NCBI GenBank assembly: GCA_010015805.1
Contig: ML978125.1
Coordinates: forward strand, 2,356,001 to 2,394,962
Direction of reading: 5' to 3'
DNA length: 38,962 nucleotides
DNA from: Rhizodiscina lignyota
Lineage: Eukaryota
The position numbers and the translations under genes are program-made. The stretch's first letter is position 1; each line of letters opens with the position of its first letter. The notes beneath the pieces are model-generated. The model saw nothing but the letters and a program-made list of their open reading frames with translations, did not search any database and had not been told where the DNA came from. This document shows positions 35,462 to 38,962 of this stretch, in pieces.

Positions 35462-36282
35462 GCAGGTGCTGAGTTTGTTGTAATCATGCGGATTTTACGA
35501 GCAGCAGAGACGACGACGACAACATTGAAATGCATTGAGCGGAGGATTTCGTTGCAGCGGGCGTCACAGGCCTAATTTTGAACAGAGTTCTGCGCGGGCT
35601 TGGGAGCGTCGTTGAAGTTGAGAAAGATGGTGCATGATGAATTTGGCCGGTACCAAGTCTTGGGGCCTTTTGCGGCCGTTCATTTTGATAGAATTGATAC
35701 CTTCTTCCTCTTTCAATCAAGTGGAAAGAAATGAGCTCCCCTCCGTTATGTTGCTTTCATTTGAATATATAATCGCCTCCGCAGAACCTTTGGGCGTCGC
35801 ATCCACTACTGATCAATCTCAGCCACAATTATATCACCAAATCCCGGAACTGTGCAAAGTCGAACAGATACCAGCACCTCGCGGGTTGAGAAGATAGACG
35901 AATATCTCTTCAAACCAAAACGCGCTGTACAGATCTCAAGAACGTGAAAGACGGTGTAATCTGGCACACATTCGAACGAAGAGCACTCGTTGAGGAAGTC
36001 TTGACCTACCTCTATCTGATTGATGGGTTTTCAAAGGGCTTGAAGGGAAAGTGTTTCGTCTGCAGAGCCGTCCCAAACTCTTTAGAGCACTAATTGGCCT
36101 TGATGCCCATCCAAATAGTAATAAGCTAAGCTACTGATAAGCTTCCAAATGCCCAATTCGTATCGTCGTACATTTGCATGGCGGTTAGTTGCCTAGTTTC
36201 TTCCCCGTACCCTGCATGTTGCCCCTCTCATCCAGCCCCGCCATCCAATCGAGCCCTTCTCGCATCGTCCAACCTGCATAAA

Positions 36283-36580
36283 CCTGCGCCTTCTTGGCCG
36301 GCACGCGCAGGAACGCCTCGCAATTGGGACATCGCGCCCTGCGACCTGTGTTCCCCGGGAGAGCCCACAGACGCTTCGCGACTCTGCGAAGGGCATGTGA
36401 GCCCGTTGCTGGACGCGCGAGGCGACCTACGGGCCGCTCGGGAAGTCGAGCGGGCCCTTGCGTTGGAGTGAGTCGAACGGAAGATATAGCCTCACGATGT
36501 CTCGGATCCTCTGAGATCCTGCTCTGACGGGAGGCCACACAAGGTAGGGTATCTTTCGCTCGTTTTTGTGATCCTACCTT
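36283..36580. other. Hairpin-dense GC-rich segment; candidate structured RNA or structured 5' UTR
   Basis: Consecutive stems found by eye: 36283-289/36305-311; 36314-321/36417-424 closing a multibranch; 36431-440/36447-457; 36500-516; 36541-550/36571-580. No Rfam family recognised. Confidence 0.35.
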
Positions 36581-36594
36581 TGGATCGGTGCGCA

Positions 36595-37865
36595 ATGCAG
36601 TCCACCGAGTCTTCCGTCTGTTCTATCATCGCGGCTTTCACGAGCGGGCTTGATGTTTTCAAGAAGCTACGCGAGAGACGGCGGCAGCGGCAGCAAGGCT
36701 ATGGGAAACTGTCGTCGAATAGGAGCAATTGTGGCAAGCATGCGAGACAGCAAGGCCCCGTAAAGGGAGAAAAGAGCGGCGACGAGCTCCAGCTGAGCAA
36801 ATCGCTTAGGCGGGGTTCGACTGATGTGCAGAAAGTGTATGAAGAGCATGCGAGAAAGGGAGGGCAGAGATACATTGCTGGCGATTGTAGGTCGTGGTCT
36901 TTCGTTTTCAACTTTCTGCCACGGCGACGAGCGGAGAGGCACTGATGGGATGAATAGCAACTGCGCAGGCGTCTCTCGCCCATACGCTGCTGAAGCTCAA
37001 CGCTGGCCTTGTGAATATCATCACGTCCTTTCTCAGTTGTGGAAAGACTGATGTACCCGTCGACTATCGATCGCTGACGTCGCTGTCGGATGCATCAAGA
37101 GCAGAAGCAATCGAGGCACTAGGACAGCTGTATACCCGTCTTTCGCGTTCAGAGTTGGCTTTGCAGAACAGACGAGCAGAGCAGGGCGTTCAAAATGGTC
37201 ATCGAGGGGGGAAGAAACAATCCTCAAAGGGCACGAAAGCGAAGCATGGAACAACACGAGAGACTCGGACGACAGATACGTCTGCACCACTGCCTCCCGG
37301 CATAGCAAAAGTCACAGTCCACACATCAACGACGCATTTGGCACAAGTCCGGCCAGCTACTCGACGGAAGGCATCTGCAAGCTCAACAGGAAGCTCGAAA
37401 GGCTCCCACAGCGCCTCAAGCACGCCTTCGCAACGGTCTACCGCACCGCAGACACCGCTAACACCACCTCCTGCATACCCATCAAGCCCACCACCAGGCG
37501 CTGCCTTCCCCTTCCCCTCGCAGCAACACCCTCAGTACCACCCCAACGTCTTCCCCACCTCTCCGCCGCCGCAGTATACCCAACCGCATCCCCAACCGCA
37601 GAAAGTCCCACAGCACGCGTATCAGTACCTGTCGAGCAGCCGGCGGGACCGACCCACGTCGTACGCGTCCATTATGACCGATAGCACGAAGCTCGGCGAG
37701 ATACCGATGCGCAAGTGGAACGTGCCCTTCGACTTTGCGGAGATGGAGCGGCTGAACGAACAAGCGCGGCTGGAGGGTTGGGGGCCACCTGCCAATACTG
37801 GCGCGGTGCAGGAGCAGGGAAAAGGAGGGTGGTTTGGGAGGCTGTTTCGGAGGGGTGGCGGATGA
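36595..37865 (+). CDS. Hypothetical fungal protein with Pro/Ser-rich C-terminal half
   Basis: Exons 36595-36886 and 36958-37865 join in frame (GT..ctgat..TAG intron). Structured-looking segments IIAAFTSGLDVFKKLRE, LAHTLLKLNAGLVNII, STKLGEIP. Confidence 0.82.
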
Positions 37866-38459
37866 AACGGTGGCTTGAACTGCCTCCGTTCTATTATTTG
37901 CTTTTTTGGGGATGAAGTTGAGAACTTTAGGAACTGTGTAGTTGAGAGGGAATTTTATTGAAATGCTACTAAACTGGCTAGCTCATGCGAAAAGTAGCAC
38001 GTGGGGGAGAGAAGAGAAGGCCGAGCTCTGCTTAGCTGGGGAGGGGATGGGAAAAAGTACTTTCCCATTCACCTCCGCAGGTTACCGTGGAAGCTCTGTG
38101 AGCTTCAAAAGTCCTTGGGAAGAATGAGAATGCTCGAAAGTCTTAATTAATGATTCTATAACTTTCTCGGTAGATAATTGAAAATATTCATGTGAAAAAA
38201 CAATGAAGCCGTGGCTCCCGAAACAATGAGGTAGGAGTGACATAACTTTTATCGATCTTTGTCGACAATGGCCAATCTCGATTTTCGGCCCACACGCGCG
38301 GAATGATGTCACGAACGCTCTACCCCAGCTTTTGACTTCCAACTCCTCGAGTACTTTTTCTGAGCTTCAAAAACCTCTTGCCTTCCTCAAACAAACTCTC
38401 AAAGTTCTATCAGTTTTACTCGGAAACCTCAATTGAGCTACAGAGTCATATCTTTCACA

Positions 38460-38947
38460 ATGTACCGCGCAGCAGTCCTCCGTCAAGCTCGTCTGTTTAG
38501 CACCACTCCACGGGTGCAGAAGGTGCGTTCATGAGCTGAATTTCGGGATTTCAAGAGAGGCTGATGAGCGGCCAGGTCCTCCCGGATGCCGTCAAGGAGC
38601 CACTGAAGAAGGTCGACCGCACTGTCTCAGACGCAGCAGTGGCTGGTATTGAGGCAGGAGGTACGTGACCTTTGCATTCCCCCTCTTGTGGTGTTCTGTG
38701 GAAGTGCCGCAAAACGTCATCTCCGGCTTTTTACAACGGAGCATCTCACTCTACATGGTTCGTCGTACTAATGTGACGTGCTTCTGCAGAGAAAGTCACC
38801 GACGCGGTCAAGCAGACTGTTGGCATGAGCAAGGGCGAGGCACAGGGCAAGGCTTCCGAGGTGGCTGGCGAGGCGAAGGGAAAGGCAAATGAGCTGGCAG
38901 GAAAGGCGAAAGGCACTGCTGAAGAGGTCAAGGGAAAGGTGCAGTGA
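38460..38947 (+). CDS. LEA (late embryogenesis abundant)-like protein, probably mitochondrial
   Basis: Exons 38460-38522, 38576-38660, 38790-38947. Presequence-like MYRAAVLRQARLFSTTPRVQK; LKKVDRTVSDAAVAGIE; 11-mer repeats GEAQGKASEVA/GEAKGKANELA/GKAKGTAEEVK. Confidence 0.85.
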
Positions 38948-38962
38948 GCAAAACAAGAAGAC

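Noticed and set aside
36296..36330. Resemblance to the HDV ribozyme (GGCCGGC...CCTCGC...TGGGAC)
   Set aside because: The P1 3' strand and nested pseudoknot cannot be formed; the similarity is superficial.
36440..36452. GGGAAGTCGAG resembling RNase P CR-I
   Set aside because: No matching CR-V/P4 partner downstream; that region is protein-coding.
36322..36492. Group I intron-like words (AAGATATAGCC resembling the S element; CACAGAC resembling R)
   Set aside because: No complementary P7 strand, and no P/Q elements in the right order.
36185..36595. 136-aa minus-strand ORF over the structured region
   Set aside because: Arg/Ala-rich composition typical of GC-rich shadow ORFs; no motif.
1..38962. 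CRISPR arrays, tRNA/rRNA genes, transposase or reverse-transcriptase ORFs, telomerase RNA template
   Set aside because: None recognised by eye; this is a eukaryotic gene-dense region. tRNAscan/Rfam could not be run.

Overview
Gene-dense window from a filamentous ascomycete (Pezizomycotina-type genes, short GT-AG introns with CTRAC/CTAAT branch sites). I reconstructed about 18 genes by hand. Left to right: a zinc-free-type MDR dehydrogenase, an 8-exon amino acid/choline (APC) permease, a group II PLP decarboxylase, a quinate-permease-like sugar porter, an intronless HET-domain protein, the AMSH JAMM deubiquitinase, an Hrt3/Pof7 F-box protein, the Mtm1 mitochondrial carrier, an atypical SDR, a Cys-rich GPI-type protein, an RfeF-like protein, two tandem Fig1-like claudin genes (one frameshifted), a 3'-truncated DHA2 MFS efflux pump, Asf1, importin Kap121/Pse1, a hypothetical protein and a LEA-like protein. 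Two areas stand out. (i) An accessory-looking segment at about 24.1-28.2 kb, where the Fig1-like pair is bracketed by a 35-bp imperfect inverted repeat and neighbours a truncated MFS gene and an orphan membrane ORF. (ii) A ~300-nt stretch at 36283-36580 made almost entirely of adjacent hairpins, a candidate structured RNA. I recognised no tRNA, rRNA, CRISPR array or transposase. All family calls come from motif recognition, not database searches.
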